The position numbers and the translations under genes are program-made. 64,000 nt of DNA from Promethearchaeota archaeon (GTDB lineage: Archaea; Asgardarchaeota; Lokiarchaeia; Sigyniarchaeales; SOKP01): the NCBI GenBank assembly GCA_019057795.1, contig JAHLWS010000077.1, positions 96,001 to 160,000 of the forward strand. The letters run 5' to 3'. This document shows positions 28,384 to 39,335 of the stretch, piece after piece; within the stretch, counting starts at the first letter, position 1; the number at the start of each line of letters is the position of its first letter. A model generated the notes under the pieces. It had not been told where the DNA came from. It worked only from the letters and a program-made list of their open reading frames with translations, and did no database searches.

Positions 28384-28881
28384 ATGAAGCCTTTTACGAA
28401 TGACAAACCTAAGAGTTTTCCATACAGCAAAGTTTTAGTAGCTTGTAGTGTAAATACCGCTAGAAGTCCAATGACAGAAGGATTTTTAAAAGATTTCTTT
28501 GCTCGTAATAATATGAAAGTAGAAGTGTATTCTGGTGGAATTTCTTCGAACGCTAGAGATGGAATGCTTATTTCTCTTGACGCGAAATTTGTAATGAAAG
28601 AATTTTTTATAGACCTACCAGAAGATGCACTCTCGATTGATTTAAAAAAACGACCTAAATTAATACAACGGCCAGATTTAATCCTCACGCTAACTGATAA
28701 ACATAAAAAAGAACTTATTGACTATACTAACTCAGATAATAAAGAGATTTACACTCTAAGAGAATTTGCGGGAGAAAATGGGGACATCGAAGACCCTTCA
28801 ATGAAAGGACTTGAAGGTTTTCGCAAAGCTCGGGACGAGATAAAAAGATGTTTGGATAAAGGTTTAAGAAAATATTTGTGA
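28384..28881 (+). CDS. Low-molecular-weight protein tyrosine phosphatase family protein
   Basis: CSVNTARS (CX5R P-loop) and DIEDP. Confidence 0.9.
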   Translation: MKPFTNDKPKSFPYSKVLVACSVNTARSPMTEGFLKDFFARNNMKVEVYSGGISSNARDGMLISLDAKFVMKEFFIDLPEDALSIDLKKRPKLIQRPDLILTLTDKHKKELIDYTNSDNKEIYTLREFAGENGDIEDPSMKGLEGFRKARDEIKRCLDKGLRKYL

Positions 28882-28887
28882 AATTTT

Positions 28888-29781
28888 CTAACTGGTTTTG
28901 ATAAAATTAATTAAGTAATCACTCAATATAGTTTCAATATTTTTTATTCCTCTAAATCCTGGAAAATCGTTAAGATCTATGAAATAATACTTATTGCTAT
29001 TGACGGGCTGAATCAGGTCGAACCCAAATATTTTTAAATTCATTTCTATTGAAAGGATTTGGGCTAGATTATGAATTTCTTTAGTTATTTTAAATTCTTT
29101 TCTTTTGATTGTGTCAACATCGATATTATCATGCTTCTTTTTCAAATATATATAAATCGGATTTTCTCTTATAATCCCAAACGTTTTGTCTCCTATTACA
29201 TAAATCTTTCTTTCAAAGCCATCACACTCAATAAATTTTTGAATGTAAATGTCGTAGTATAATAAATGTTTATATCTTTCGCAAAAAATATTTATTTCTT
29301 CTATCTTTCGAACTAGAAAATTGAATCTATTGTATTTATCGTGTTGATAATGACTTTTAAGTACAATAGGTAATTTCGGAGTTGCCCATTTCTTAAATTT
29401 TTGAACATCTGTAATATTATTATTCCAGGAATTTGGTAGAGCGAATTTCTTCCTGATTTGAGGGTTGTTTTTAAAGACTCTTCTTAGAGCATAATCAAGA
29501 GCGATCTTGTTTTTGCATGTTAAAACAGCATCAACATTATGGAATGTCGGAATTTTATTTATTTTAGCAAAATGAAGTAGATCAATAGAACAATCGTTTC
29601 TTATTTTAGCAATTATTAAATCTGCTTCTTTAATCGCTTTAGGCATTCTGGAAAGGTTGAAAAATTTCTTTGTAGGATCGTGAAAGTATAAATTGACATC
29701 TGGAATAGTTTTGAGCTTGTTTATAACGCTTTTTATGATTTCGTGATCTTCTCTTGCTGAAAAAACGACCTTTTTGACCAT
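28888..29781 (-). CDS. ATP-grasp protein, ITPK1-like inositol phosphate kinase
   Basis: QKFI...KIYVIGD, IFGFDLI and IDLNDFPGF match the ITPK1 pattern (FGxD...IDINxFPGY). Confidence 0.75.
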   Translation of the reverse strand: MVKKVVFSAREDHEIIKSVINKLKTIPDVNLYFHDPTKKFFNLSRMPKAIKEADLIIAKIRNDCSIDLLHFAKINKIPTFHNVDAVLTCKNKIALDYALRRVFKNNPQIRKKFALPNSWNNNITDVQKFKKWATPKLPIVLKSHYQHDKYNRFNFLVRKIEEINIFCERYKHLLYYDIYIQKFIECDGFERKIYVIGDKTFGIIRENPIYIYLKKKHDNIDVDTIKRKEFKITKEIHNLAQILSIEMNLKIFGFDLIQPVNSNKYYFIDLNDFPGFRGIKNIETILSDYLINFIKTS

Positions 29782-29904
29782 AATTAATTCTTAAAAAAGC
29801 GGCACATGTTCTTAAATCTTCCTTAATCCTTATTTTTTTTAAAGTTTAAATTAATTAAAATTTAATTAATTATTATTAATTACATCTTTAAATTTAACCA
29901 GAAT

Positions 29905-31194
29905 GTGGAGATTCTATTGAAAGAAAAAAAATTTAGCAAATTTTTAAGGAGACAAGTATTACTGATTGGATTACTTTATTGCGGTGATTATATTTTCTTC
30001 TTTTTTGAGCAAAACTACTTTAACACTTATATTGATCACGTTCTTAATCTTCCAGAAATCTATATATCACTAATGGTTTCTTTATCTGCTACTATGGGAT
30101 TGATTATGAATTTTGTATGGGGCGTTTTTAGTGATAATACGCGATCTAAATTCGGAAGGAGGCGTCCATATTTACTTTTAGGAATGATAGCGGGAACTGC
30201 TATGATTTTCTATGGATTATCACCTAGTTTTTATATTTGCCTATTCATAGATGTCGTCATTATAGGAATCTTTTCGAACGCGTATTTAGTTGCCGAAAGG
30301 TCTCTTATCCCAGACACAGTTGAGATTGAGAATAGAGGTCGAGCAAATGGCATAATTAATGCTGTTAGCTATATAGGATTATTAGTTGGCGTCGCTTTTT
30401 TGTTGGTTGGTAATGAACTATTTGGAGTCCAGGACCCTATCGATGGTGGAACGATCATTACTCAAGAAGGACATTTTATCTTACTTTCTGTAGGGGGTAT
30501 AATCTTTGGATTAGTCGGATTAATTGGTTTCATTTTTATTAAAGAAAAACCAATATCTGAGCTTCCTGAAAAGAAACCGTTTTTGAAAGAATTAAAAAAT
30601 TCCTTTAATTTGAGAGAGTTTAAAGCTCAAAAAGAATTCTATAAAATTACGCTGGCATTTATGGTTTTTCAGTCGGGAATCTCATCAGTGATGCCATTTC
30701 TGTTTGTCTTTATCTTTGGTTTAGGCTTATCGACTTTAGAATTGTTTACGGTAATTGCTGTAGCTTTTCCTATATTATTTGTTGTGACCCTATACCTTGG
30801 TAAAGTGGCTGATAAATTTGGTCGAAAAAAGTTTGTTCCGTTATCCATTATATTGACTAGTATAGGATATCTAATCGTTCCATTCACAGTGAGCGGTAAT
30901 AATGTAAATTTCGTTCTATTCATAGTGCTATTTCCATTTATCATGGTAGGATTGCTAGCCTTGGTAACTCCTCTAAATGCTTGGGCGCAAGATTTATTAC
31001 CTGAAGATAGGCGAGGGACATTTAATGGTATATTCAATATAGTTTTTACCGTATCACAAGTAATCGGATCAATTGCGGGTGGAATAGTAGCAACCTTATT
31101 CGGAATCCAATGGATTTTTTTATTAGGTCCTGTCTTTTTTATTGCTTCAATACCACTTTTCCTAAAAGTAAAAGAAACTGTAATCAGAGAATAA
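29905..31194 (+). CDS. MFS transporter
   Basis: About 12 TM; SDNTRSKFGRRRPY and ADKFGRK. Confidence 0.92.
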   Translation: MEILLKEKKFSKFLRRQVLLIGLLYCGDYIFFFFEQNYFNTYIDHVLNLPEIYISLMVSLSATMGLIMNFVWGVFSDNTRSKFGRRRPYLLLGMIAGTAMIFYGLSPSFYICLFIDVVIIGIFSNAYLVAERSLIPDTVEIENRGRANGIINAVSYIGLLVGVAFLLVGNELFGVQDPIDGGTIITQEGHFILLSVGGIIFGLVGLIGFIFIKEKPISELPEKKPFLKELKNSFNLREFKAQKEFYKITLAFMVFQSGISSVMPFLFVFIFGLGLSTLELFTVIAVAFPILFVVTLYLGKVADKFGRKKFVPLSIILTSIGYLIVPFTVSGNNVNFVLFIVLFPFIMVGLLALVTPLNAWAQDLLPEDRRGTFNGIFNIVFTVSQVIGSIAGGIVATLFGIQWIFLLGPVFFIASIPLFLKVKETVIRE

Positions 31195-31225
31195 TATAAG
31201 AACTAAATAGAACTTCTCTTTTTTT

Positions 31226-32239
31226 TTATTTTTTTTGCGGTTCTACAATTATTTTTATCCACTTCTTACGATCATAGTATTTAAATGCATTAACAGTGTC
31301 TTCTAGTGTTATTCTTTTAGTAACTAATTTATCTAAATCTAAGGATTTAGTAGCAATTAAATCTAAAGCTTCCTTCCAATAATCCTTATCTGCTTTTGAA
31401 TTTACCATCGCTTCAGGATAGACTAATTCTACACCTTTTTTTCTACAGCTTACATATGGAATATATTGCATTTTTTGAGCTCCAAATACAATAACTCGAA
31501 AGCCAGGTTTCACTAAGTCTATAGCATCAAGAAGAGTATCATTATTTCCAACCATTTCAAATACAGTGTGGGCTTCACCAAAATCCTTTTTAATCCCATC
31601 AACAACAGTTTCCTTTCCATGAGTTGATCTCGAATATTCACTTGGACTAAAGACTTTTGCACCCCAATGCTTCGCTAAGTCTTTTTTATGGTGATAAGGT
31701 TCTGAAGTTGCGACTTCAATTCCATTTTTTAATAATATTTGAGTAAGAATTAACCCAATAGGACCCAACCCTAATACAATCGCTTTTTTCTCACCTTCGA
31801 TTCTTTCGAATTCTGCCCTTTCGTAACAGTTAATTGCACAACCAACTGCATCAGCAAATGAAATTTCATCCATTGAAAGATCATTTCTAACGATTGGTAA
31901 TGCTTCAACAAGTTCATCTTTACCATGTCCGATAACATTTACATAAGTAGAGTATTCTGCATACCCTTGACCCATTCGCGCTAAATGATCGCCTTCTGAA
32001 ATAGTCTGAACCTCTTTTCCTACTTCTACGGCGATAGCGCCAGTTTCATGCCCGTGTCCACCAGGTTTATGAGCAGTAATCCAATGGCTTCCTTCAAATA
32101 TCCCAACATCGCTGCCACAGATTCCAACAGAAATTATTTGTGCTAAAACTTCCCTTGGTCCAGGCTTAGGTATTTCAATGTCTATTAATTTAACAACCCA
32201 TGGCTCTGGAAATAATAAAGCACGCATCTTATTCTCCAT
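31226..32239 (-). CDS. Zn-dependent polyol/sugar dehydrogenase (MDR family)
   Basis: GICGSD, GHE and GLGPIG; the structural-Zn Cys cluster is absent. Confidence 0.88.
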   Translation of the reverse strand: MENKMRALLFPEPWVVKLIDIEIPKPGPREVLAQIISVGICGSDVGIFEGSHWITAHKPGGHGHETGAIAVEVGKEVQTISEGDHLARMGQGYAEYSTYVNVIGHGKDELVEALPIVRNDLSMDEISFADAVGCAINCYERAEFERIEGEKKAIVLGLGPIGLILTQILLKNGIEVATSEPYHHKKDLAKHWGAKVFSPSEYSRSTHGKETVVDGIKKDFGEAHTVFEMVGNNDTLLDAIDLVKPGFRVIVFGAQKMQYIPYVSCRKKGVELVYPEAMVNSKADKDYWKEALDLIATKSLDLDKLVTKRITLEDTVNAFKYYDRKKWIKIIVEPQKK

Positions 32240-32284
32240 TTTAATTTCACGAATATTTTTTAATATTAGTTTAGATCTTTATTT

Positions 32285-35110
32285 CTATCTTCCTTTAATC
32301 CCATCAACTAAAACCCTTAAAATGATTCCAAGAGGAATTCCCAATCCTTTTGAAGAACCCACTTCAGAAATGGATGGATCGTAATTTTTATTCACTTTTC
32401 TTACCCAATCAATATATGACATATTCATTACTTCTTTTAGTTCAAATTCTTGTTTTATCCTTTCTGCTTGATTAGCGTATTTTTTAAGGTTGTTATAAAC
32501 TTTAAGGTCTCCTTTTTTTTTCATTAATATCAAGGGTTTAAACGAAAAATGATCAGCAAATGATTGTATTACCTTAGGAGGAGAATCACCAATATAAGGT
32601 GATAATAATAAATTAAATGAGATTGTTTTACCACTAAAAGTGGGGGCTGTAGATTCATTTGTTCCTATTAAATTTGCAGTAATTTTTTGAGCATGACCAT
32701 TCCCCTCGGTCCAATAATGAAAAACCTCACCATAATATGTACCAAAAGGATTTATTCTGATCTGTTGTCCTTTCATTTTAATGTCACCAAAGCCTTTATC
32801 CTTAAATTTTAATGGAGAAAATGCGAAGTTTGCTGCTTTCAAAGAATCGAACCCAATAAGTAGCCCTTTTTCCTGATTAGATAAAGCCATCCATCCATCT
32901 GATATATTAGCAACTAAACAATCAATATCTGCATTTTTAGAATCTACTTCTTTCATATCAAGGTTAAAGTAATCCACATTACCCAGAAAATTCTTTTTCC
33001 AAATTCTTAGCGTTTTATTTGTTCCTAGAATATTGGATCTTATTTCACATGGCATAATCTCTTTCCATTTCTTATTGTACTTTTCTTCAACAAAATAGGA
33101 TGTTCCATCACTTTTTCCTATGTTAGTAGTCTCGCCTTTAATTTCAGGGACATGCATTAATACATCTACAAATAAGTATGGCAGCTCTGAATATAATTTA
33201 ATGGTCTTTTCAGAATAAACTCGATAATGTTTTTCAATTTCAAATTCGCTTTTAATTTTAATGGAAGCAGAAAATCCGTCACTTCCATCTCTTTGAATAA
33301 TTATCTCATCTATATCTGAATTACATATTTTCCCTTTATTTGATTTATCAAATTTAATTGATGACTCTAAAAATCTTGGGCAACCAAACTCAACATTATT
33401 GAATTTAAATGAATTGATTTTACCTTTATTGTTAAACTCCAGAGCAATATATTTATTTCTCATGAAAGTTTTAGTTGCTATCAATTCTTGATTGTTGATT
33501 TGAGGTCTCGATTCTGAAAAATTTATTGAAAAAATAGCAATTTTCATATCATTTTTAGAGAAAGCTGAATTTGGTATAATTGCTTCTAATTTTAGACCAG
33601 ATTCATTATTATAAACGGAAAAGGATTTTAAGAGTTCGTTTGAGCTTAGATTTAATAATTTTAAAAATTTTCCTTGTTTTATTATGTGATCGCTAAAATG
33701 TGATGGTAGCTCTAATTGAATCAATATTGAGCTATTCACGGGAATTTTCTCTTTTTCTGAAGTTCCTCTATTTGTTATTGGGGAAATTGAAATAATAGAT
33801 TTAAATTTACCATAATCATTAATAATTGTTTTTATTACTTCTCGGGTTGATAAATTTACAGCTTTTTCTGATGCAATAAAAGACTTTAGTACATAACTCA
33901 TAGCGGTTTTACGTCTATCTGAATGAAGAAATGGCATTGCCATACCAAAATTAGTCGTTGAGGCAAAAAGAATTTTATTTTTTAGGTACGAGTCAACAGA
34001 ATCGTTAGTGTTTCTTAAAAAATTATTAATTTCAGATTTAGAATTCTTAACTAGACCTTCAGAGATTAAGGTATCTGATATACATTTTAACCACCTAGCA
34101 CTTTGCCCTATAGTCCAGAATTTTGTATTATTAAATTTTTGAGCCCAATTATAATATCCATTAAACATCCCATCAGCAACATCTTCTCTTAATAAAGTTT
34201 CACCTTGTATCTTCAATTTGGGTATAATTTCTAAAAGGTTAGTAAATTCAACATAATCATATTGGTCTACTGCTTCGGCAAACTCCATTAAACCTCTTGA
34301 GTTTGGCATCCAGCTTAGAAATTTAGGTAATTTTAAACCAATCCAATTTTCATAATCCATATCAAAGTTTAGGAATATTAAAGCATGTCCACTTATTACT
34401 CCGCTCTTTTGCTGTTGTCTAATGATTTCAAACCATCTCTTAATTGAACAATAGTCAAGAATATCACCAAATCCATACATTGGTATCATTAAACAAGAGG
34501 CATCTGTAATAGTTGAGTTAAATTTAACTACACCATATCTCTGATTCCAGTCTAATCGGGGATTAATGAAAGGTCGTGCTACATCAAATCCATACATAGA
34601 GTAATAAATACATATCCCCTCTACGCCCAATTTATTATATAATTCTATCATACCTTGTGTAAACATCGTCTCTTGTGTGCGGGCATATGGAGCTACCCTT
34701 CCTGGAAATAATTGATTTACACCAAATCCCATTGAATTTTCTAAGAACCATTTATGCTGTTGGATAAATTCTTCAGTATCTAAGATTGGTTGAGCAACAT
34801 TTCCCCAAGAACCAATTAGAACTTCATCTTTTCCCTTTTTACACCTTTCAATAACTCTATCAAGTACATCTTGTTGAAATTCTTTTTGTAGTTGGATAGA
34901 CCAAAATGTATCACCATAATCCCATGTAATTCGCATATTTCCAAATTTAAAACCTACATCTTCAATTCTATCTAATTCATCAAGAATTCCTCTCATCATT
35001 TTGAGATCTTTACCAAAACCAGTGTCCCCTCTTGAATCGCCTCTATAAGAATGATAATAATTAATATGAGGTGATAATATAAAATAGATTTTCTTTTGTT
35101 CAATATTCAA
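32285..35110 (-). CDS. Large glycoside hydrolase-like protein (GH38/GH57-type N-terminal barrel plus beta-sandwich)
   Basis: N-terminal HINYYHS, TWD, RTQE and NFDMD motifs; beta-rich C-terminus (MRNKYIALEF). Confidence 0.55.
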   Translation of the reverse strand: MNIEQKKIYFILSPHINYYHSYRGDSRGDTGFGKDLKMMRGILDELDRIEDVGFKFGNMRITWDYGDTFWSIQLQKEFQQDVLDRVIERCKKGKDEVLIGSWGNVAQPILDTEEFIQQHKWFLENSMGFGVNQLFPGRVAPYARTQETMFTQGMIELYNKLGVEGICIYYSMYGFDVARPFINPRLDWNQRYGVVKFNSTITDASCLMIPMYGFGDILDYCSIKRWFEIIRQQQKSGVISGHALIFLNFDMDYENWIGLKLPKFLSWMPNSRGLMEFAEAVDQYDYVEFTNLLEIIPKLKIQGETLLREDVADGMFNGYYNWAQKFNNTKFWTIGQSARWLKCISDTLISEGLVKNSKSEINNFLRNTNDSVDSYLKNKILFASTTNFGMAMPFLHSDRRKTAMSYVLKSFIASEKAVNLSTREVIKTIINDYGKFKSIISISPITNRGTSEKEKIPVNSSILIQLELPSHFSDHIIKQGKFLKLLNLSSNELLKSFSVYNNESGLKLEAIIPNSAFSKNDMKIAIFSINFSESRPQINNQELIATKTFMRNKYIALEFNNKGKINSFKFNNVEFGCPRFLESSIKFDKSNKGKICNSDIDEIIIQRDGSDGFSASIKIKSEFEIEKHYRVYSEKTIKLYSELPYLFVDVLMHVPEIKGETTNIGKSDGTSYFVEEKYNKKWKEIMPCEIRSNILGTNKTLRIWKKNFLGNVDYFNLDMKEVDSKNADIDCLVANISDGWMALSNQEKGLLIGFDSLKAANFAFSPLKFKDKGFGDIKMKGQQIRINPFGTYYGEVFHYWTEGNGHAQKITANLIGTNESTAPTFSGKTISFNLLLSPYIGDSPPKVIQSFADHFSFKPLILMKKKGDLKVYNNLKKYANQAERIKQEFELKEVMNMSYIDWVRKVNKNYDPSISEVGSSKGLGIPLGIILRVLVDGIKGR

Positions 35111-35319
35111 AATTATTTAACTCTTTGTTATGGTTTAAGGCTGAATAAATTTATATTAAAGAATTTAATAATTTTATCTAAATTTTCAAATCATTCACCA
35201 TTTTACCCTTTAACTCATCAATCATAGAAGTTAGTGATATTCTCAGTGATTTGGCTTGGAAATAATTCTCAAAAATTTTAAAATGTTTTAAATAGTATCA
35301 TTTAATTATAGAAAATATC

Positions 35320-36411
35320 ATGGCAAACAAAATTAATGTATGCATTATTGGTTGTGGTGATGTTTGTTCTGCTTTAGTACAAGGAGTACAAAATTATAAG
35401 AAAAATCCAGATAATATCATAGGTTTATTACCAGAAATTACTCAATATAGCGTTAACGATATAAACTTTGTGCTAGGTATTGATGTTAATTCAAATAAAG
35501 TAGGAAAAGACCTAAGTGAAGCTATTTTTATTGAACCAAATTGCAATATGAAACTATTTGAACCGGGTTTTCTAAATGCTCCTGTAATAAAAGGACCTGT
35601 TAAAGATGGATTAAATAGCAACATAAAAGAGATTATTCCTGTTGATGATAATCAACTTGATTCTGATGTTTCTAAAGAGATGAAAAAGAAATGTGTTGAT
35701 GTCGCAGTGATATTACTTCCTACAGGATGCCATAACGCAGTGAAGTTTTATGCAATGGCTGCCCTTGATGCTGGCGCCTGTGTTATTAATGGAATGCCAT
35801 CATATATAGCTAAGGACCCTGAAATCATAAAGAAAGCCGAAGATTTATCCCTTTCATTAATAGGTGACGATGTAAAATCGCAAATAGGCGCTACTATTAT
35901 CCATCGGTCATTAACTAATCTCTTTTCTATGAGAGGAGCAATCCTCGATCGCACAATTCAATTAGATTGGGGAGGATCGTCAGACTTTTGTAATTTATTA
36001 ACTCCAAGAGCCAATGGAAAACTGGTTTATGAAGAAGGAAAACGTCAAGCTAAAACTGAAGCAGTTGTAGCAAGTCTTCAAAATAAAGACACTGTAGAAT
36101 GTCAAATCTCAGCTGTAGACTATATTCCTTTCTTAAAGAATCAAAAGGAAGCGTATATGAGATTAGAAGGTCGGATTTTTGGAGGTGCTCCAGTTAGGGT
36201 TGATATTACGATGTTTGTGGAAGATGGAAATAATTCTGCGGGAGTAATAGCAGATTGTATTAGAGTTTCTAAAATTGCTAAAGATCGCAAAATTGGAGGT
36301 GTTCTACACTCAGCTTGCTCTTTCTTTAATAAACATCCTCCAGAACAATTAGATGATTACATAGCAAAAATTCGCCTTGTAGAGTTTATAGAAAATAAAA
36401 GGGAAAGGTAA
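35320..36411 (+). CDS. ino1: myo-inositol-1-phosphate synthase
   Basis: IIGCG..SALVQG, KVGKDLSEAI, IGDDVKSQIGATIIHR, GG.SDF.N, ED..NSAGV..D and K.PP.Q. Confidence 0.95.
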   Translation: MANKINVCIIGCGDVCSALVQGVQNYKKNPDNIIGLLPEITQYSVNDINFVLGIDVNSNKVGKDLSEAIFIEPNCNMKLFEPGFLNAPVIKGPVKDGLNSNIKEIIPVDDNQLDSDVSKEMKKKCVDVAVILLPTGCHNAVKFYAMAALDAGACVINGMPSYIAKDPEIIKKAEDLSLSLIGDDVKSQIGATIIHRSLTNLFSMRGAILDRTIQLDWGGSSDFCNLLTPRANGKLVYEEGKRQAKTEAVVASLQNKDTVECQISAVDYIPFLKNQKEAYMRLEGRIFGGAPVRVDITMFVEDGNNSAGVIADCIRVSKIAKDRKIGGVLHSACSFFNKHPPEQLDDYIAKIRLVEFIENKRER

Positions 36412-36441
36412 ACTCAAGGAACTTTTTCTTCACTTACATAT

Positions 36442-37353
36442 TTAACTTTTTGCTTTAATAAGCGCACTTCGGTAAGTTTCTCTCATATTTATCGAGTTAT
36501 AAATGTGATCTGAAACCAAACTCACTCCTTCAGGTATACTCCTAAAACTTGGGAAGTCGTTTACATCTACAATGTAAGGACCTTTTTCAGTCATGATGTA
36601 ATCTAATCCAAAAATAGACATTCCAAACTTTCGTCCTAATCTTAAAATCCTTCTTTTAAATCGCTCGTCTACAGGAACCCTAATATGGATTAATTCTAAC
36701 GGAGACAAATCTTTTTTTTTTTGTAAGCGATTATGCGAAGTAATTGAAACAACCCAATTACCTATTACATATACTTTATAGATAATATCATGCTCACCTA
36801 AATATTCTTGTAAAAATAACTCACTCTCGTTATAGATTTGTATCAATTCAACTAATTCTTTCGAGTTCTTAGCAATTCCAATAATTCTATCGTTTTTAGG
36901 TAGCTCTGGTATGTTATGTGAGTTCAACTTAACGATAATATTAATCCCCCCCTGGCACGCTTTCCAAGCGTCTTGTTTGGTATAATAAGTGAGTGGTATT
37001 TGAATTTTCTTACAACTATTCTTGATTAATTCAAAAGTGATTGTTCTACTCTCACACATTTTGACAGATTTTAACGAATTTAGAATTGGAATATTTGGAG
37101 AAACATTTCTAATAACTTTGTAGATATTTTCGTTAGATTTTTGGGTCGTAAGTTTAACAATAAAAAAGGAAATAGGGTATTTTTTCAATCTTTTTTCTAA
37201 ATGTTTTTCATTAAAATTTTCAGGTCCATTTTTCATTAAATTGACTAAATAAATATTGTAATTCTTTAATAGGAATTTCTTGATATGTTCTAAAACCTCA
37301 AGATCCCTATTACAAATGGCTCCTACATATTTCCTTTTTATATTACTCGCCAT
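36442..37353 (-). CDS. ATP-grasp protein, ITPK1-like inositol phosphate kinase
   Basis: QEYLGEHDIIYKVYVIG, IFGLDYI and VDVNDFPSF. Confidence 0.75.
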   Translation of the reverse strand: MASNIKRKYVGAICNRDLEVLEHIKKFLLKNYNIYLVNLMKNGPENFNEKHLEKRLKKYPISFFIVKLTTQKSNENIYKVIRNVSPNIPILNSLKSVKMCESRTITFELIKNSCKKIQIPLTYYTKQDAWKACQGGINIIVKLNSHNIPELPKNDRIIGIAKNSKELVELIQIYNESELFLQEYLGEHDIIYKVYVIGNWVVSITSHNRLQKKKDLSPLELIHIRVPVDERFKRRILRLGRKFGMSIFGLDYIMTEKGPYIVDVNDFPSFRSIPEGVSLVSDHIYNSINMRETYRSALIKAKS

Positions 37354-37673
37354 TTAAAAAACCCTATTAATTTGATTTTTTAAAAGCAAACCATAGTATA
37401 TAAATGTATTGTTTGAGCGTATTTTTAGACTTTAAATACTATGATTGAAATTAATTTTTTTTAATTTAGAAAAACTTTAAAGAATATAGGTCAAAAGTAA
37501 TTTATATAATATTCTCAAAAAATTTAATAAAAAAAAAATTTCATTAATGAAGAATTTGATTATAATAATAAATTCAAGAAAAATTCAATATATTATAAAA
37601 AGATGAATTTTATTAGTTTGTTAGTAAAATATCTTTATAGAATTTAAAGTAATTGAATTAAAAGGTTAATTTT

Positions 37674-38492
37674 TTGATAAAAATTGGTATTATTATCGAT
37701 AAGTACCATTTGCAGAAAAAAGCCTTAAAACTTATAGAATATTTGTCCACAGTAACAAAAATTTCTCTATATCTTGAAGAAGATTATCTAATAGATTATT
37801 CTAACTTTGATTTTAATGAGGATATCTTTTTTGTCAAGGCTAAAGGTGATTTAATATTAAATCTAATAAAGTTGATTGAAAGAGAAACAGATATTCCTGT
37901 AATTAATTCATCAAGAGGAATATGGTTAGCAATTAATAGATTTTTAAATAGTACTTTGCTAAGACAATCAGGAGTACGTGTCCCTAATTTTACTTTAAAC
38001 GCTAAAGGATTTCTTCCGCCTTTTAATGATTATATTATAAAAAATATCATAGATCAAAAGAACTATGCTTTTAGCCCCCAAATTCAAAGAATTAACGAAT
38101 ACTTAAATATTGCCGACCAAAGAGCATTAGACGAAGTAAACGGTGAGAAAGCAAAATATGCCTATCTCTATTATCAAGAATTTATTAAAAGTAAATGGGA
38201 ATATAAAGTATATTGCATTGGTGATGACTTGTTTTATTACAAACAACTACCACTATTAGTAAATCCCGATAAAATGAAAACTAGACGAAAAATTGATAAA
38301 ATTCCTGAGTTAAAAGAAATTACCTTAAAAGCTTTAAAAACGACAGGATTAAAAATAAGTTCTTTAGATTTTTTAAAATCCAAGGAAGGTGAATTCTTCC
38401 TAACAGACATAAATTCGTCGCCCAATTTTAATTACATAAAAAATGGTCCAAAAATTATTGGAGATTATTTAATTAAACAAGCAAAAAATTAA
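37674..38492 (+). CDS. ATP-grasp protein (ITPK1/RimK-like)
   Basis: QEFI...YKVYCIGD, SLDFL and TDINSSPNF. Confidence 0.75.
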   Translation: MIKIGIIIDKYHLQKKALKLIEYLSTVTKISLYLEEDYLIDYSNFDFNEDIFFVKAKGDLILNLIKLIERETDIPVINSSRGIWLAINRFLNSTLLRQSGVRVPNFTLNAKGFLPPFNDYIIKNIIDQKNYAFSPQIQRINEYLNIADQRALDEVNGEKAKYAYLYYQEFIKSKWEYKVYCIGDDLFYYKQLPLLVNPDKMKTRRKIDKIPELKEITLKALKTTGLKISSLDFLKSKEGEFFLTDINSSPNFNYIKNGPKIIGDYLIKQAKN

Positions 38493-38506
38493 GTTTAACA
38501 AATAAC

Positions 38507-39298
38507 ATGAAAATTGGAATACTATCAAAAAGAACAGGAAATTTTACGGGTAAAATCAAGCTTTACTTAGAAAAAAAAGGACACGCCGTAAATATTTATA
38601 CTGCTAGTAATCTTTGCATTAATGATGCTCTCTTAGTAAACGATTTTTACATATTAAAATCTAAGCATCTATTTTATCTATATGCGGGTTATTTTTTAGA
38701 AGCGAATAATGTTCCCGTTATCCCAAGTACAGATATTAGTTATCGACATAAAAATCGAATTGAATCCTACTTTTCTATTAAAAATACTAATCTCTTACTC
38801 CCAAATGTTTTTATGGGAACTATTGATACTTTAAAAAATCAATTAAAAAAAACTGATTTACCCCTTATTTCAAAACCAATTTTAGGCTCTGGAAGTAAGG
38901 GAGTTAAAGTTATTAATTCTTTTCAAGATTTTAATACTATTGACGAAGAGAGTTTTTATTTAGAAAAATTTATTGAAGGCACTCACTACTTAGTATATTT
39001 TATAGCCAATGAGATCTGCATCTGTGAAAAAAAACCTTTAGCAAACGAACACAACAAGGTAAAAATAATTCATTCCGATGGTGAGATAGAAGAATATATA
39101 ATGAAATGGAAGAATAAGTATAATCTATTATTTGGCCATCTAGATCTTGTAAGAGATAACAACACTGATAAATTATACGTTGTAGATGCAGGAACCTTTC
39201 CTGAATTTTCAAATTGGAAACATAATACTGATCCCGTGTCGAAAATATGTAATTTAATTTTGGATAAATATCAACAAATAAAAAATAAAACGGCGTAA
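38507..39298 (+). CDS. ATP-grasp protein (RimK/ITPK1-like, divergent active site)
   Basis: KPILGSGSKGV, EKFI, HLDLV and VDAGTFPEF. Confidence 0.75.
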   Translation: MKIGILSKRTGNFTGKIKLYLEKKGHAVNIYTASNLCINDALLVNDFYILKSKHLFYLYAGYFLEANNVPVIPSTDISYRHKNRIESYFSIKNTNLLLPNVFMGTIDTLKNQLKKTDLPLISKPILGSGSKGVKVINSFQDFNTIDEESFYLEKFIEGTHYLVYFIANEICICEKKPLANEHNKVKIIHSDGEIEEYIMKWKNKYNLLFGHLDLVRDNNTDKLYVVDAGTFPEFSNWKHNTDPVSKICNLILDKYQQIKNKTA

Positions 39299-39335
39299 AA
39301 GTTTAAAAAAGAGGTATAGAGTTTTTACATTAAAA

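Noticed and set aside
35185-35275. CTGA and TGATGA motifs on the minus strand upstream of ino1 (possible C/D sRNA)
   Set aside because: There is no convincing 5' C box or terminal stem.
37540-37551. Palindrome ttcattaatgaa between the divergent kinase genes
   Set aside because: Likely chance in very AT-rich DNA; no second copy was noticed.
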